From an uncultured bacterium (GTDB taxonomy: Bacteria > Hydrothermota > UBA3073 > NMUJ01 > CBEVQO01), in the NCBI GenBank assembly GCA_965552055.1, contig CBEVQO010000002.1:1-64000 (forward strand): a DNA stretch of 64,000 nucleotides. The letters are read 5' to 3'. The translations under genes were made by a program, and so were the position numbers. The notes under the pieces are model-generated. The model saw nothing but the letters and a program-made list of their open reading frames with translations, searched no databases and was not told the origin of the DNA. This document shows positions 38,968-50,177 of the stretch, one piece after another. Positions within the stretch are counted from its first letter, which is position 1, and every line of letters begins with the position of its first letter.

Positions 38968-39094
38968 CGTTATTTTATCTCAGAAAATATTTTTGTCAAG
39001 GGAGATTTTTTAATAAGAAGCAATATAAAAAGCTCTTTTATTTTTAAACCCCAAATTATATCTTGACTTTTTCAAAAATGTGATAATATAAAAA

Positions 39095-39160
39095 TGGGGC
39101 CGGGAGAAAAATGCCAAAAGAGCTCTGGGACCCAAATATAAAATGCGTCTCCCGGCATCA
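39095..39160 (+). ncRNA. Candidate small structured RNA or hairpin
   Basis: 9-bp stem GCCGGGAGA (39099-39107)/TCTCCCGGC (39148-39156) directly after TTGACT-N15-TAATAT. Confidence 0.3.
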
Positions 39161-39170
39161 TTTAACTTTC

Positions 39171-40061
39171 TCATTTAAATTTAAATGAAAAGTCGAGTTT
39201 GTGAGTGTTTTTGAGTTCTGGATGCGTTGAGTAAGCATAATTTATGCCGAAATTCCTGTAATTAAGCCCAAGACCGCAGGTAAATTTGCCATTATCGAGT
39301 CCAAATCTCAACTTCGCTTCTTTAATCATGCTCCACTCGATGCCAGTGTGAAATGTAAAGGGATAACCTGAAGAAAGTATCCTCGATGTCTGCAATGACA
39401 AAATCAACACATCGTATCCTTTCCAGTAAGAGAGAGCTAATCCCACATCTGCAGAAGGTTTGAGTTTATCCGTATATCCTGTGTTCCACTTTATCCTTGT
39501 GAAAATGTCAGAAATTCTTATTCCTGTATAAATTCGCAAAGCAGAAGCAGGTAAATGTATTTTTGGCGCAGAATAGAAAATGCCAAAGTTAAAACCAGCT
39601 CCAAAGCCTTTTGACCTGTGCAACTCCATTCTGTAAAATTTAAGGGTTATACCTGCAGAAAAATCTTTTATTTTATGTCCAATACTTAAATTGTATTCTT
39701 CTGTCAAAAATTTCGCAGTGCCGAGATAGACAATTTCTGGGTAGTTCGTTCCCGGTAAAGTATCGCCTGATGTAGTTTGTTGCCATTCCGTGCTTACCCT
39801 TATTAGCCCAAATCCCATTGGTATATTTCTAAATCTTTTACAGATAGCGATATAATCATATTTTGTCTGTGCAGGAAGCTCTGTATGCATGTAAAGTATT
39901 TCTCCGTGATAAAGTTGAGTTAATGCGGATGGATTGAAGATTACGGAGTTTACATCATAAAGTGCACAGAATGCATTGCCGAGTGCCGAAGGTCTTGCTC
40001 CTGTCCCCACATTCAAATAATCAAAATTTGTTCCCCATGCTATCAAAAATATCAATAACAT
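39171..40061 (-). CDS. PorV/PorQ-like outer-membrane beta-barrel protein
   Basis: YLNVGTGARPSALGNAF...FNPSAL, alternating beta strands, INYAY..HPEL..TH C-terminus; directly downstream of CTD cargo. Confidence 0.8.
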   Translation of the reverse strand: MLLIFLIAWGTNFDYLNVGTGARPSALGNAFCALYDVNSVIFNPSALTQLYHGEILYMHTELPAQTKYDYIAICKRFRNIPMGFGLIRVSTEWQQTTSGDTLPGTNYPEIVYLGTAKFLTEEYNLSIGHKIKDFSAGITLKFYRMELHRSKGFGAGFNFGIFYSAPKIHLPASALRIYTGIRISDIFTRIKWNTGYTDKLKPSADVGLALSYWKGYDVLILSLQTSRILSSGYPFTFHTGIEWSMIKEAKLRFGLDNGKFTCGLGLNYRNFGINYAYSTHPELKNTHKLDFSFKFK

Positions 40062-40070
40062 ATCACCTCC

Positions 40071-43000
40071 TTACTTTATAACCGCTATCTTCCAGATTGA
40101 TTCTGCACTTTCCTCCTCTGTCTTCGCTATCACTTTACAGATGTAAACTCCATTGAGCACGATGTCGCCAGCAAAGTTCCTGCCATCCCATGTAATATCC
40201 AGCCTGCCACTTAATACGGGTATTTCCTCGCTCCATATGAGATTGCCTGCAAGTGTATAAATCTTAACTTTCACCTCTGCTGGCTTATTCACCTTCACCG
40301 CTATTTTGGCTGTATTTCTCAATGGATTGAATGGATTTGGATAACTCGCAACTTCAACATTCAAAGGCTCATCCACTGTGAATATAGAAATCGGCATTTT
40401 TACAGCTCCAAATTCAGGTAATTTGAAGCGCTGAACCCTGTCATTGTTTCTGTCTGCTACATAAATCTCTTTTACAACATCACCTTCATAGCAAAGCGAA
40501 ATGCCACAGGGTTTGTTGAATCGCCCCGGTTCTTTTCCAAATTCTCCAAATATCAGTAACCTGTTTCCAAATCTATCGCACATAACAATTCTATCCGCAT
40601 TCCTTTCGCAAATCCATATATTCTTATGTCTTGAGATTTCAACATCTGCGGGATAATCAAAATTCTCTATTTCCATAACCCTGAATGCCGTATCAAATAA
40701 GTTCACATAGTATTTAACAACTTTGCCACTGCAGGCAAGGCATGTGAAAATGTAAGGGCTGTCAACTCCAACTCCTTCACATTTATGTGCAGGAATCGTA
40801 AATACAATGTTTGCAGAATCATCAAGGAATGTTAGCCTATCCCAATTTCTTTCTGCTACAACTATGTAATCGCCATAAAAGTTTATACCTTTTGGATGAT
40901 TTAGTCCCGTTGCTGAATAAACTTCATTTCCTGACAAATCAAATCCAAGCACAGTAAGATGCGTATGACCCCACCACAATGTCGTATAAATTATTTCTCC
41001 ATTGAACCTTACAGCATTTGGATGATGCAAACCTGTTATTTCTCCAACAAAATTACCCCAGTAATCAAAGTATGCAATCCTCTTATTGTTTCTGTCTGCT
41101 ACATAAATCCATGAGTTTCCATCTGGTAAAATGTGCACACCTTCAGGTTTATGCAGACCTGTTATTGCGAGGTCAAATTGTGGCTCACAGCGAAAGATTA
41201 TCCTTCGAAATTCAGAAGTGTTTAACACAACATCCTGTGCTGTTAATCTCAAAACATAAATTCCGTCGGATAAATCTTTTGCATTGAACCAGCCAAGGAT
41301 TGTGTCTATCATCTGACTTTTGCCCTCGGAGATGATTATCCAGTCGGATGGTGAAATTCCCTCTCCATACTCTAATTTCCACCATGCAAAGTGAACATCA
41401 CTTACCCTTCCATAAACCGGCACATTTTGGTTTACCATGCAGGACTCTGTTGGTGAGATTATAAAACATTCAGGCTGTGTATCATCCAGTATAAATTCAT
41501 GGGATTTTACATCTTCTGTGTTTTCCACATTGTCAACCGCATAATGGGAGATTGTGTGTATGCCATCCTGTCCCTGCAAGCCCCAATCTTCCAGAGTGAA
41601 TACAAAGTGAGTATCCGGTATCTCCTGCCATGGCATGGAATCCACTCTATAAACTATCTTTTGCACGCCCGATGCAACATCTGCGGATAATGGGTCTTCT
41701 GCTCGCAATGTGAAATCAGTATGCGATGTGATAATAGTTGAATCACCATAGCTATAAGAAGGTGTGCCAGTTATCAGTTCAGAAACAGGCGGTGTATCAT
41801 CCACTGCTAGTGATTTTTCCTTTGTTTCTTCACGATTACCGAGTTTATCAACTCCATAGTAGTAAAGTGTATGCAAGCCTTCACCCCATTCAGCGAGTGT
41901 GAATGTTGTCTCTGCAACATAAATCCTCTTTTGTGATGCATCGCACCACCAGTAGCCAGTATCTACTCCGCATCCTTCGTCCGTTATTGTGAGAGTTAAA
42001 TCCGTATGTGATGTAATGTACATTGGATTGTAGCTGTATCTGGGTTCACCGATTGTCAGTTGGCTTACAGGTGGTGTGTTATCGAGGTAAACCGTGATTA
42101 TTTTGTGTCCTTCTTCATTTCCAATGTTATCAATTGCCCAGTATTCAATCTGATATTCTCCATCTTCTCCTGTTATTGTGAATGCCACGCTATCGCCTAA
42201 AATTACATTTTCCAAACCATTTATCATGTAGTGAATTTCTTTTACTCCGCTTGATGCATAACTTATCACTGGGTCTTGTGCTTTAAGTGTTATTTTAGTG
42301 CTTGATGTTAGCCACAGCTTGCCTTCTTCATCCTGATATTTTGGTTCACCGAATGTGATTTGTGTTTGAGGCGGTGTTTCATCGATTATAACTTCTTTTT
42401 GATTTACATCTTCTGTATTCAGGACATTATCTTTTGCATAATGGTAGATTGTGTGTAGTCCATCTTCTCCTTGCAAGCCGAAATCAGCAAGTGTAAACAC
42501 AATTTGGGTATCACTAACAGATTGCCATTTATTTTCATCCACTTTATAAATTATTTCTTTAACTCCTGATGCTACACCTGCAGAAACAGGGTCAATCGCC
42601 GATATTTTTAAAGGTGTCTCTGAACGCACAAATATCATATTTTCTGCTTCATATCGTGGTTCTCCTATTTCAATATTTGACACAGGCGATGTATTATCAA
42701 CATAAATTGTCTGGAATTCGGTTCTTTCCGTATTTCCAAGATTATCCACAGCATAGTATTTTACATTGTAAATTCCCTCCGATGGCAGAGTGAATTCTCC
42801 TCCCTCTACCCAGTATCCTGCAAAGTTGTAGTATCTGCTTTTCACTCCACAGCCTTCATCTATTGAGAAAATCATAATCAATGAATTAGAAGTCACAAAT
42901 CTTTTACCATCAATCAAAATAGTAGGTGGCTCGAAAGTAAGATGTGAAGAGGGTGGTGTATTGTCGAGGTAAACAATGGTATCAATGGTTAAACTTCTAT

Positions 43001-46000
43001 GTCCGAGATTGTCGAAAGTCCAACAAATTATTGAATACTTGCCGTCTTTCCTTGCAATAATGTTATAAACAATGCTATCAGAAAATGTTGAATCAGCATC
43101 AATCTTTGTCGTATTATAATAAACTTCGTAATTAATTTCTTTTACACCGCTTGCAATTCCATTTATAATGAGGTCTTCCGCTTTCATGATAATATCTGTT
43201 TGAGAAGTAATCCACATTTTATCGCTTACATATTTTGGCAAGGTTATTGTGATTTGTGCAACAGGAGAAGTATTGTCAATCCTTACAATTTGTGATTTTA
43301 TATCTTCTCTGTTTTTCGCTCTATCAACGCTATTGTAATAAATTGTGTATTCCCCATCAGGATATTGTAATTTGAAGGAATAAGGCAACAAATCAGTGGT
43401 AAGTGCATGAGTTATGCCATTTATCTTGTAGTATGTTGTATCAACTCCGCTTTTATCATCCCATGCGGAAATTGTTATTTGAGTCGTAGAGTCTATATAA
43501 GGTGGTGAGCCGTAATTTGGTGTGCCAATGGATATCTCCGTAACAGGTGGAACAGTATCTTCTATTATTTCAATTGAGAATGCAATTGTTTGATAATTTT
43601 CTGCATAATCCCTGGCTGTAATGTGGCACATGTAAATCCCTGCTGGTAAAACCTTTCCAGAAAAATCTTTACCATCCCAGATTTCGGTATAGCTGCCTTC
43701 TTTTAGATCAAAATAAGATTTATGATAAACACCTGCTCCTATCGGGTTCTCAATCATAATTTCTACAATTTTACATGATTCGGATAAAGTGAAATGGATA
43801 TAGGTTTCTTCTCCTGTTGAAGGCATAAAAGTAGTGGGTTCTGCATAAGCAGTTATTTGAGGAGGCACCCTATCCACCAGCCAGTAGCCTGTCGTATCCG
43901 AACGATTACCCACTTTATCATAAGCATATATCTGGAAGAGATATATTCCATCTGGAGCATTTATAGGAATAAACAAAGTTTCTTCCGTTGAAATATTAAA
44001 TAAATCTGATTGCTCAATGTCACCGAATGAATTAAATCTCAAGTAATAAATTTTTCCTGCTTCATTTAAGTGAACTTTGAGCGTATCATTCTTATTGGCA
44101 TTTACTATTACAACATTTTTGTTTATCCAAATTAGAGGTGGAGAATTATCGTAGGTAACTTTTGCTATTCCTACAACGCAATTTCTTATGCCTTCACCTT
44201 CAAAAGGCGATTCTATTCCTTTCATAACCCTTACACCGTGTCGCAGTGCATGAGCATTTCCGGCAAAAATTATATTTTTTCCTTTGAATAACTTTACCTT
44301 TTTGGCAAAATATCCATAAGCATCGGTAACTACACTTACAGTCTCTGCGATAATATTTGAACTGGGAATAGAATTATCTGACTGAAAGTCAGGTTCATTT
44401 ATGTTAAACGAAGTTGAAGATAAAGTAAATGTTTTAGATACTTTTTGGGATGCTACTGCTTTTAATGCCTCGTAAATATTTGTAGCTGGGTCGGTTATGA
44501 CAAGTAAAAGGGTATCCATTGGTCTCCAGTGCCCTTTTATCGTTATCGATTCTTCCTTTGTGTCATAGCATTTGTAGATTACGGGACGCAAAGTATCGAC
44601 TTCATCTTTTTCCATTATTGCAAAATGTTTCGCAGGTAAGTCACCAAAAATTATGGAGTCTTCCGGAGGAATAGAATCTTCTGGAGGAAGTTCAGGTCCA
44701 CTAATTAACATTGGCGAAACTGTACTGTATCTCGTTGTTAAAGTATAAATACTATCTTGAAATACGGGGGAACCTGGTGTTAATGGCACAGGTTTTCCTT
44801 CTTTTGTTATTGCATAAATTTTAAGGTCATTCGGGTCGATGCCGTAATAATCAACTTCTTCAGCAGTGTATTTATAAGTGAGTGTCGGCAAAATATTGAA
44901 TTTGATTTCAGCTGGCAAGATTTGAATTACAGGGTCAGAAATATACATGCTGTAAGTATCTGTAAAGACAATCTCTGGTTTTACTCTCCTTAGTCTAATT
45001 ATTGTGTCATCTATTGCATTTGACGCTATATTTAGCTGAGCCCTGTAATAAGGTGTATTCGCAAGTCCTCCTTCTGATGTCACTATGTCTCCGATGTAAA
45101 AATCTTTTACTTTTCGTAGAACAGGTCCTACAAATTCTTGAACAGGATTAACCCCTTGCTTTATGTTTTGTTGCACTGGTTCATATAAGTCCATAATTAT
45201 TGTTGTTTTACCGCATACTTTCGTTGCATCGAGGTAAGCAAGTTCTCCCGATTTTGGATGCATTATATTTTCTGTTAATTCAAATATTTTTCCGTTATTG
45301 AAGGCATACATTTTATATCCATATCCTGATGCCGAGCCACAAATAGGTATTAAGGCATAAGGCAAAGAAGTATCTAAGAAGTGCTCTACTTTGAAATAAT
45401 CAAAAAGATTTTGACCGAGATTTTCTGCATTAATGTTAATTAAAGTATCTTCTGAATATCTGGATATCAATCGCAAATCTTTATGTGGTTTGCCAGTGAT
45501 ATCATGAATTTTCACATTCCATTCAGTTATTTTGAGATACGGATTTGGCTCATTTCCGCAATCCCAGAAAGTAGCTTTTACATCTTTACCTCCTGCAGAA
45601 ACTGTTTTATTATATCCTTCTCTGAATAAAATTTTGTCACTTAATCCATGTTTTCTAAAGCCTTTTGTTTTATCTGTAAATTTCTCTTTTAGCCAGCCGA
45701 TATGGTGTGTGTAAGGGTCTTTATTCATTGTCCATGCGGGATTCCAGTTTTTAACAGTGCAAATTATGCAGGTGTCTATATCGTAAGAAAGATAAGCATC
45801 GACATATTGAGAATTTTGCTTTACTATAGGCTTTGAGAAAGAAAATCCATGAGGCACCACACTATCAGGAATGGAACACATTTGACGCCAGTAAATTTTT
45901 ACAGGGTTGTAATTGCCATTTATATTTGGCATTATTATACTATCGTATTGAGCAACGCATTGCCATTTTGAATGAGGACTATCAGGGTCACACTTTGCTT

Positions 46001-49000
46001 CAACATTGCCCGAAGAATAAAATCTGACTGTTACTCCATTAATTGTAGTCTCCCAATAAGTTACCGTTGTATCAAGCCAGCATGATGAATCGATGATATT
46101 GTCAATTCGTGCAAAATATTTATATTGGGGTGTCATTCTTCCGCCATGTACAGGCGTAAAAGGATATGTTTCAAATTCTTCGATTTTTGTGAAAGATTGT
46201 TGATTTCCAGCTATGGTATCATTATACCATTTTCTTTTAGAAGAAATAAGTAAGCATCCGCCCCCTGCAGGCCATTTTGCAGATATGAAAAATTTATATT
46301 GTTGACCGGGCGTTAAAATTAATGTATCTTTTTTCCATCTCCATACAAGTGTTTTAGACCATACAATGTTATCATACATATCTGAAATATATGCTATTGC
46401 ATTGAGTCCTATGTACGAGCAAAAAACCGTTTCGTTTTCAGTAATAAAGCAATTTCTCACACTAGTAGAAGAGCCCGAATAAGATAGGCTCCCTTCAATT
46501 CCTTTAAAATATTCGCTTAAACGAGGGTCAAGCTTCTTATAATACACAAACATCGAACATCGTGCAGTTCCTGTGCTTGCAGCTGCTCGTGTTTTGAATT
46601 TATAAACTTCTCCTGAATCAACATTTATTGTATCAATAATGTTGTAATAATCTTCATAGCTGGTGATATCTCCATCTTTATGCCCGTAGTAAATAATTTG
46701 ATCATTAGAAACTTTCTTTAACCACCATGTTATATCTCCACTATTTCCTATGTATCCTTTTATTCTACAAATAACTCTATCACTATGAGGAGTAAAATAT
46801 CGCCATTCACTTTCATCCACATCAGCAGCATCAAATGGGTTAGTTCCTCCATTTACAGTTCTGGTGCCTGCTTTTTTCATTGTATTTTTTAAACCATACC
46901 ACAGTTCCTGCGCTTTTATCGCAACGCTCCATTTTATATTTCTCCATTTATATCCTTTAATTGTATCTTCTATTTTAAATTGCTGTGGCGGATAATACTC
47001 TCCCTCTGCGGTCGCATACCATTTAAATTCCGGGTCAGCATCGTAAACCGGATTTCCATGTAAATAGCCTGTTATGTATTCATCTGGGATGTAAAAATCA
47101 CCTTCTACAATAGGTATTGCTGGTATTACCCTGAAACTCGCACTATCCCATGCTGTATCACAATAGTTCCATGGTATAGCCCTTATCTTAAACCAATATT
47201 CGCCTGTATCTGCAATAGCACCACCATAAACTCCATCCCAGCTAACTTCCCCTTCTAAATCGCCATAATAATCTTTATTTTGAAGCAATTTTATTATGGT
47301 ATCTCCATCTTTTTCTATCCACACATCTACATGTGCATCCTGATTCACTTTAAATGAAAATGTAACAACATTAAATTCTAAAGAAGTGTCCATAGGTGAA
47401 AATTCCTGCGGATTTACTTCCGATTTCGTAATCTTTAAATTCGACTTTACATTTATTAATATCTCTTTCACATCGACATTAGCTTTTCCATAAGCTGTGA
47501 GTCTTATTGTATAATTACCACCTGTTACAAAGCCAAATTCTTTTCTCCCATCCCAGTAAATTGTGTAATATTTATATGGTAACAGATTTTCTTCACTTTG
47601 ATGCCATACCGAAAGCCCTCTCCAGTCAATGACATCAATATCAGCATCACAAAATGCTCCTCCCATTCTGAAAACTATTTTTATTTCATCGATGCCGGGC
47701 GAAAATTCATTGTCTCCATCTTCATCGATTAATTCCACAAACAAAGTATCAATGTAAATCTGCGGTAACAATGTATCTTTTACATAAATTTCTACGGTAT
47801 CTGCAAGACAGGATGAATCTTCCTCGTATGATGCAAGCATAATTTGATATCTCCCTGTGTCACATTTGAAATACCCAAGTAAATTCTCACTACCAACTTC
47901 TTTTAGTCCTCTATTGGGATACGCTGTATCACGCAATGCAGGTATTACCCAAATACTTTCTGCATGCCATGATGACTCACTTTTTCTTTTCCATTTCAAC
48001 TCAAAATAAGTAAATGGAACTGCATTTATCTGTGGGTCTGTTGCCACTCCGTATATCATCACGCATCCTTTCGCACATGTATCACCTTCTTCTGGCTTTG
48101 CAATATATGTACCGAGGCTCATGTAGCAGACCTGTGCAATCGCAGTATCAACATTTCCCCATGTATCTTTTACAACTATTTCAACTTCTTTAGGACCTAC
48201 TCTCGTGGTATCAATTTTTATTTCCTTATAAATTGTCAAAGATGTGCTACCTGGGGTTGCAGTTTCTCTAAAAAGAACTTCACCTTTATGTATCACAATA
48301 ATCGAATCTGTTGCTCTATTTTCAATGTAATCTTTACTTTCTGACAATGTTATTCTCAATTCCGTTAAGCCTGTTTCATCTGTTATGTAAGGCACGCATG
48401 CAGATGATACGACTTGGGGAGAAGTTCTATCAACCCTTAAATAATCTGTGCCGAGTACAATATCTGAAGATATTGCGGTATCATTCCCCACTTTGTCTTC
48501 TGCATAAAGCGTAAGTTTATAAAGCTGGTCTGGCAGATATCCCCAGAAGCCTTTTTTGAGATATAATGTGCAAATAGTTGGTGGATAATTTTTCAAAGGA
48601 ACTGTGTAAGTATAGGTTATGCTATCTTTATCTGTGAATTTTGCAATAAATTTCACATCTTCATTTGTTGTAAATAATATTCTCATCACGGTATCTTTTG
48701 ATGTAAACGGATTAGGTTCCAGTGTTTGCACAATTGTAATATGAGGTGGCTCTGAATCTAACTTGAATTCTACTGAATCCTTCGCCATATTACCCGCTTT
48801 ATCCTTAATGCTTGCTATAAGCCAGAACCTACCATTCAAAATTTTATTCCCCGTATTATCTTTGAAATCCCACAGATACCATTGTGCAAGATTGTAATAA
48901 CATCTCTTTAAGACATCTGTTCTTATAATATTTCCTGTTGAATCTTTAATTTTTATGTAAATCGCATTATCTTTTGGTGAAGGAAGCAGTGAATCAAGAT

Positions 49001-50177
49001 TATCGCTTATATGGAAGACGAACGATAAGTTTCCCTTTCTTGCGGTGAAAGTTTCGATGGTATCTTTTGAAGGTTTTACGATTTCGATTTCCGGTGGTGT
49101 ATCATCCACATAGAAAGGCACTCTGTAATCTACATCATTACCTAGATTATCCGATACTTTTACTTTTACAGTGTGTTTGCCTTCTGCGAAACCCGACAAA
49201 GGAACATTTGCTATAAGTAGTGTATCGTAAGTGGTGGCGGGGTAAACTGTGGCATCCACGAAAAGAGTTTCAGAGCCCGCCATTATGCCCTCCGGGTCTT
49301 TATAGATTGCTTTGACAAACAATGTGCTATCACTCCTAAAAGCAGAATTCCACTTTGGTGATTTTATGTGAAGCGAAGGAACCTGTGAGTTTATCTGGAC
49401 TACACCTGCAAATTCTTCAACGGGAGGATTTGCCTCATCCCATGCGTGTATGTAAATGTAGTAAAAGCCATCGGGTAGTTGTGAGCCATCATTTCGTTTG
49501 CCATACCATGTGAAAAATGTGTCTCTGGCATATGCGGTGTTTGAGATAAATATAAGATTATCATTGCTATCATAAATCCTGCACCAAGTACTGCACTGCT
49601 CAGATGCATTAAAATGAATTTCTACTCTATCATCAAAACTAATAATGTTTTTTGTAAAGTAAATATCATAAATTGTCGGTTTTTCGCAGTCAATCTTAAC
49701 GATAAAATAATTATATTTTAAAATTACAGGGTACCAATATATATCCTTCCCTTTACTTCTTTTCTTAAGCTCTCTGTAATTCCATCCATAATGGTTATTA
49801 ACTTTAACGGGACCGTACACTTTTCTTTTATAACCCTCCCACCACCATTTACCAGGCTGTTTTAAAACACATAAATATACGCCATCTTTCACTTTAACCT
49901 TTTTATCAGGATAAAATCGCCTGTGTTCCGCTCCCTTATTAGTAATAGGATAGAATTGATAATAATAGTAATCTGACATCCAGTTTCGTGTCAACTTATA
50001 GGATGGCGTAAACCAGCGTTTCTTAGTGTAATATAAGCGCAATTTCTTTCCTTCCCACCGGTATCTATAATCGGACCATGTTAATAAAGGAATTTTTAGA
50101 GTATCCTTATACCCGTCCCAATTCGGAGAGAACTTAGGTAATTCTAATGTATAAATTAAAAAGAAAGGCTCCTCTTC
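40071..50177 (-). CDS. C-terminal part of giant secreted protein: FlgD-Ig domains, tandem DxTPP...Y.VD..GN (OmpL47-type) repeats, NHL propeller, FlgD/T9SS-type C-terminal domain
   Basis: Repeated WDG...G.Y motifs, about 7 DNTPP units, VADRNN NHL repeats, YPNPFNP...WDGRN...NGVY. Open frame extends to 50177, in frame with 50178..52208. Confidence 0.85.
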   Translation of the reverse strand, partial: EEEPFFLIYTLELPKFSPNWDGYKDTLKIPLLTWSDYRYRWEGKKLRLYYTKKRWFTPSYKLTRNWMSDYYYYQFYPITNKGAEHRRFYPDKKVKVKDGVYLCVLKQPGKWWWEGYKRKVYGPVKVNNHYGWNYRELKKRSKGKDIYWYPVILKYNYFIVKIDCEKPTIYDIYFTKNIISFDDRVEIHFNASEQCSTWCRIYDSNDNLIFISNTAYARDTFFTWYGKRNDGSQLPDGFYYIYIHAWDEANPPVEEFAGVVQINSQVPSLHIKSPKWNSAFRSDSTLFVKAIYKDPEGIMAGSETLFVDATVYPATTYDTLLIANVPLSGFAEGKHTVKVKVSDNLGNDVDYRVPFYVDDTPPEIEIVKPSKDTIETFTARKGNLSFVFHISDNLDSLLPSPKDNAIYIKIKDSTGNIIRTDVLKRCYYNLAQWYLWDFKDNTGNKILNGRFWLIASIKDKAGNMAKDSVEFKLDSEPPHITIVQTLEPNPFTSKDTVMRILFTTNEDVKFIAKFTDKDSITYTYTVPLKNYPPTICTLYLKKGFWGYLPDQLYKLTLYAEDKVGNDTAISSDIVLGTDYLRVDRTSPQVVSSACVPYITDETGLTELRITLSESKDYIENRATDSIIVIHKGEVLFRETATPGSTSLTIYKEIKIDTTRVGPKEVEIVVKDTWGNVDTAIAQVCYMSLGTYIAKPEEGDTCAKGCVMIYGVATDPQINAVPFTYFELKWKRKSESSWHAESIWVIPALRDTAYPNRGLKEVGSENLLGYFKCDTGRYQIMLASYEEDSSCLADTVEIYVKDTLLPQIYIDTLFVELIDEDGDNEFSPGIDEIKIVFRMGGAFCDADIDVIDWRGLSVWHQSEENLLPYKYYTIYWDGRKEFGFVTGGNYTIRLTAYGKANVDVKEILINVKSNLKITKSEVNPQEFSPMDTSLEFNVVTFSFKVNQDAHVDVWIEKDGDTIIKLLQNKDYYGDLEGEVSWDGVYGGAIADTGEYWFKIRAIPWNYCDTAWDSASFRVIPAIPIVEGDFYIPDEYITGYLHGNPVYDADPEFKWYATAEGEYYPPQQFKIEDTIKGYKWRNIKWSVAIKAQELWYGLKNTMKKAGTRTVNGGTNPFDAADVDESEWRYFTPHSDRVICRIKGYIGNSGDITWWLKKVSNDQIIYYGHKDGDITSYEDYYNIIDTINVDSGEVYKFKTRAAASTGTARCSMFVYYKKLDPRLSEYFKGIEGSLSYSGSSTSVRNCFITENETVFCSYIGLNAIAYISDMYDNIVWSKTLVWRWKKDTLILTPGQQYKFFISAKWPAGGGCLLISSKRKWYNDTIAGNQQSFTKIEEFETYPFTPVHGGRMTPQYKYFARIDNIIDSSCWLDTTVTYWETTINGVTVRFYSSGNVEAKCDPDSPHSKWQCVAQYDSIIMPNINGNYNPVKIYWRQMCSIPDSVVPHGFSFSKPIVKQNSQYVDAYLSYDIDTCIICTVKNWNPAWTMNKDPYTHHIGWLKEKFTDKTKGFRKHGLSDKILFREGYNKTVSAGGKDVKATFWDCGNEPNPYLKITEWNVKIHDITGKPHKDLRLISRYSEDTLININAENLGQNLFDYFKVEHFLDTSLPYALIPICGSASGYGYKMYAFNNGKIFELTENIMHPKSGELAYLDATKVCGKTTIIMDLYEPVQQNIKQGVNPVQEFVGPVLRKVKDFYIGDIVTSEGGLANTPYYRAQLNIASNAIDDTIIRLRRVKPEIVFTDTYSMYISDPVIQILPAEIKFNILPTLTYKYTAEEVDYYGIDPNDLKIYAITKEGKPVPLTPGSPVFQDSIYTLTTRYSTVSPMLISGPELPPEDSIPPEDSIIFGDLPAKHFAIMEKDEVDTLRPVIYKCYDTKEESITIKGHWRPMDTLLLVITDPATNIYEALKAVASQKVSKTFTLSSTSFNINEPDFQSDNSIPSSNIIAETVSVVTDAYGYFAKKVKLFKGKNIIFAGNAHALRHGVRVMKGIESPFEGEGIRNCVVGIAKVTYDNSPPLIWINKNVVIVNANKNDTLKVHLNEAGKIYYLRFNSFGDIEQSDLFNISTEETLFIPINAPDGIYLFQIYAYDKVGNRSDTTGYWLVDRVPPQITAYAEPTTFMPSTGEETYIHFTLSESCKIVEIMIENPIGAGVYHKSYFDLKEGSYTEIWDGKDFSGKVLPAGIYMCHITARDYAENYQTIAFSIEIIEDTVPPVTEISIGTPNYGSPPYIDSTTQITISAWDDKSGVDTTYYKINGITHALTTDLLPYSFKLQYPDGEYTIYYNSVDRAKNREDIKSQIVRIDNTSPVAQITITLPKYVSDKMWITSQTDIIMKAEDLIINGIASGVKEINYEVYYNTTKIDADSTFSDSIVYNIIARKDGKYSIICWTFDNLGHRSLTIDTIVYLDNTPPSSHLTFEPPTILIDGKRFVTSNSLIMIFSIDEGCGVKSRYYNFAGYWVEGGEFTLPSEGIYNVKYYAVDNLGNTERTEFQTIYVDNTSPVSNIEIGEPRYEAENMIFVRSETPLKISAIDPVSAGVASGVKEIIYKVDENKWQSVSDTQIVFTLADFGLQGEDGLHTIYHYAKDNVLNTEDVNQKEVIIDETPPQTQITFGEPKYQDEEGKLWLTSSTKITLKAQDPVISYASSGVKEIHYMINGLENVILGDSVAFTITGEDGEYQIEYWAIDNIGNEEGHKIITVYLDNTPPVSQLTIGEPRYSYNPMYITSHTDLTLTITDEGCGVDTGYWWCDASQKRIYVAETTFTLAEWGEGLHTLYYYGVDKLGNREETKEKSLAVDDTPPVSELITGTPSYSYGDSTIITSHTDFTLRAEDPLSADVASGVQKIVYRVDSMPWQEIPDTHFVFTLEDWGLQGQDGIHTISHYAVDNVENTEDVKSHEFILDDTQPECFIISPTESCMVNQNVPVYGRVSDVHFAWWKLEYGEGISPSDWIIISEGKSQMIDTILGWFNAKDLSDGIYVLRLTAQDVVLNTSEFRRIIFRCEPQFDLAITGLHKPEGVHILPDGNSWIYVADRNNKRIAYFDYWGNFVGEITGLHHPNAVRFNGEIIYTTLWWGHTHLTVLGFDLSGNEVYSATGLNHPKGINFYGDYIVVAERNWDRLTFLDDSANIVFTIPAHKCEGVGVDSPYIFTCLACSGKVVKYYVNLFDTAFRVMEIENFDYPADVEISRHKNIWICERNADRIVMCDRFGNRLLIFGEFGKEPGRFNKPCGISLCYEGDVVKEIYVADRNNDRVQRFKLPEFGAVKMPISIFTVDEPLNVEVASYPNPFNPLRNTAKIAVKVNKPAEVKVKIYTLAGNLIWSEEIPVLSGRLDITWDGRNFAGDIVLNGVYICKVIAKTEEESAESIWKIAVIK

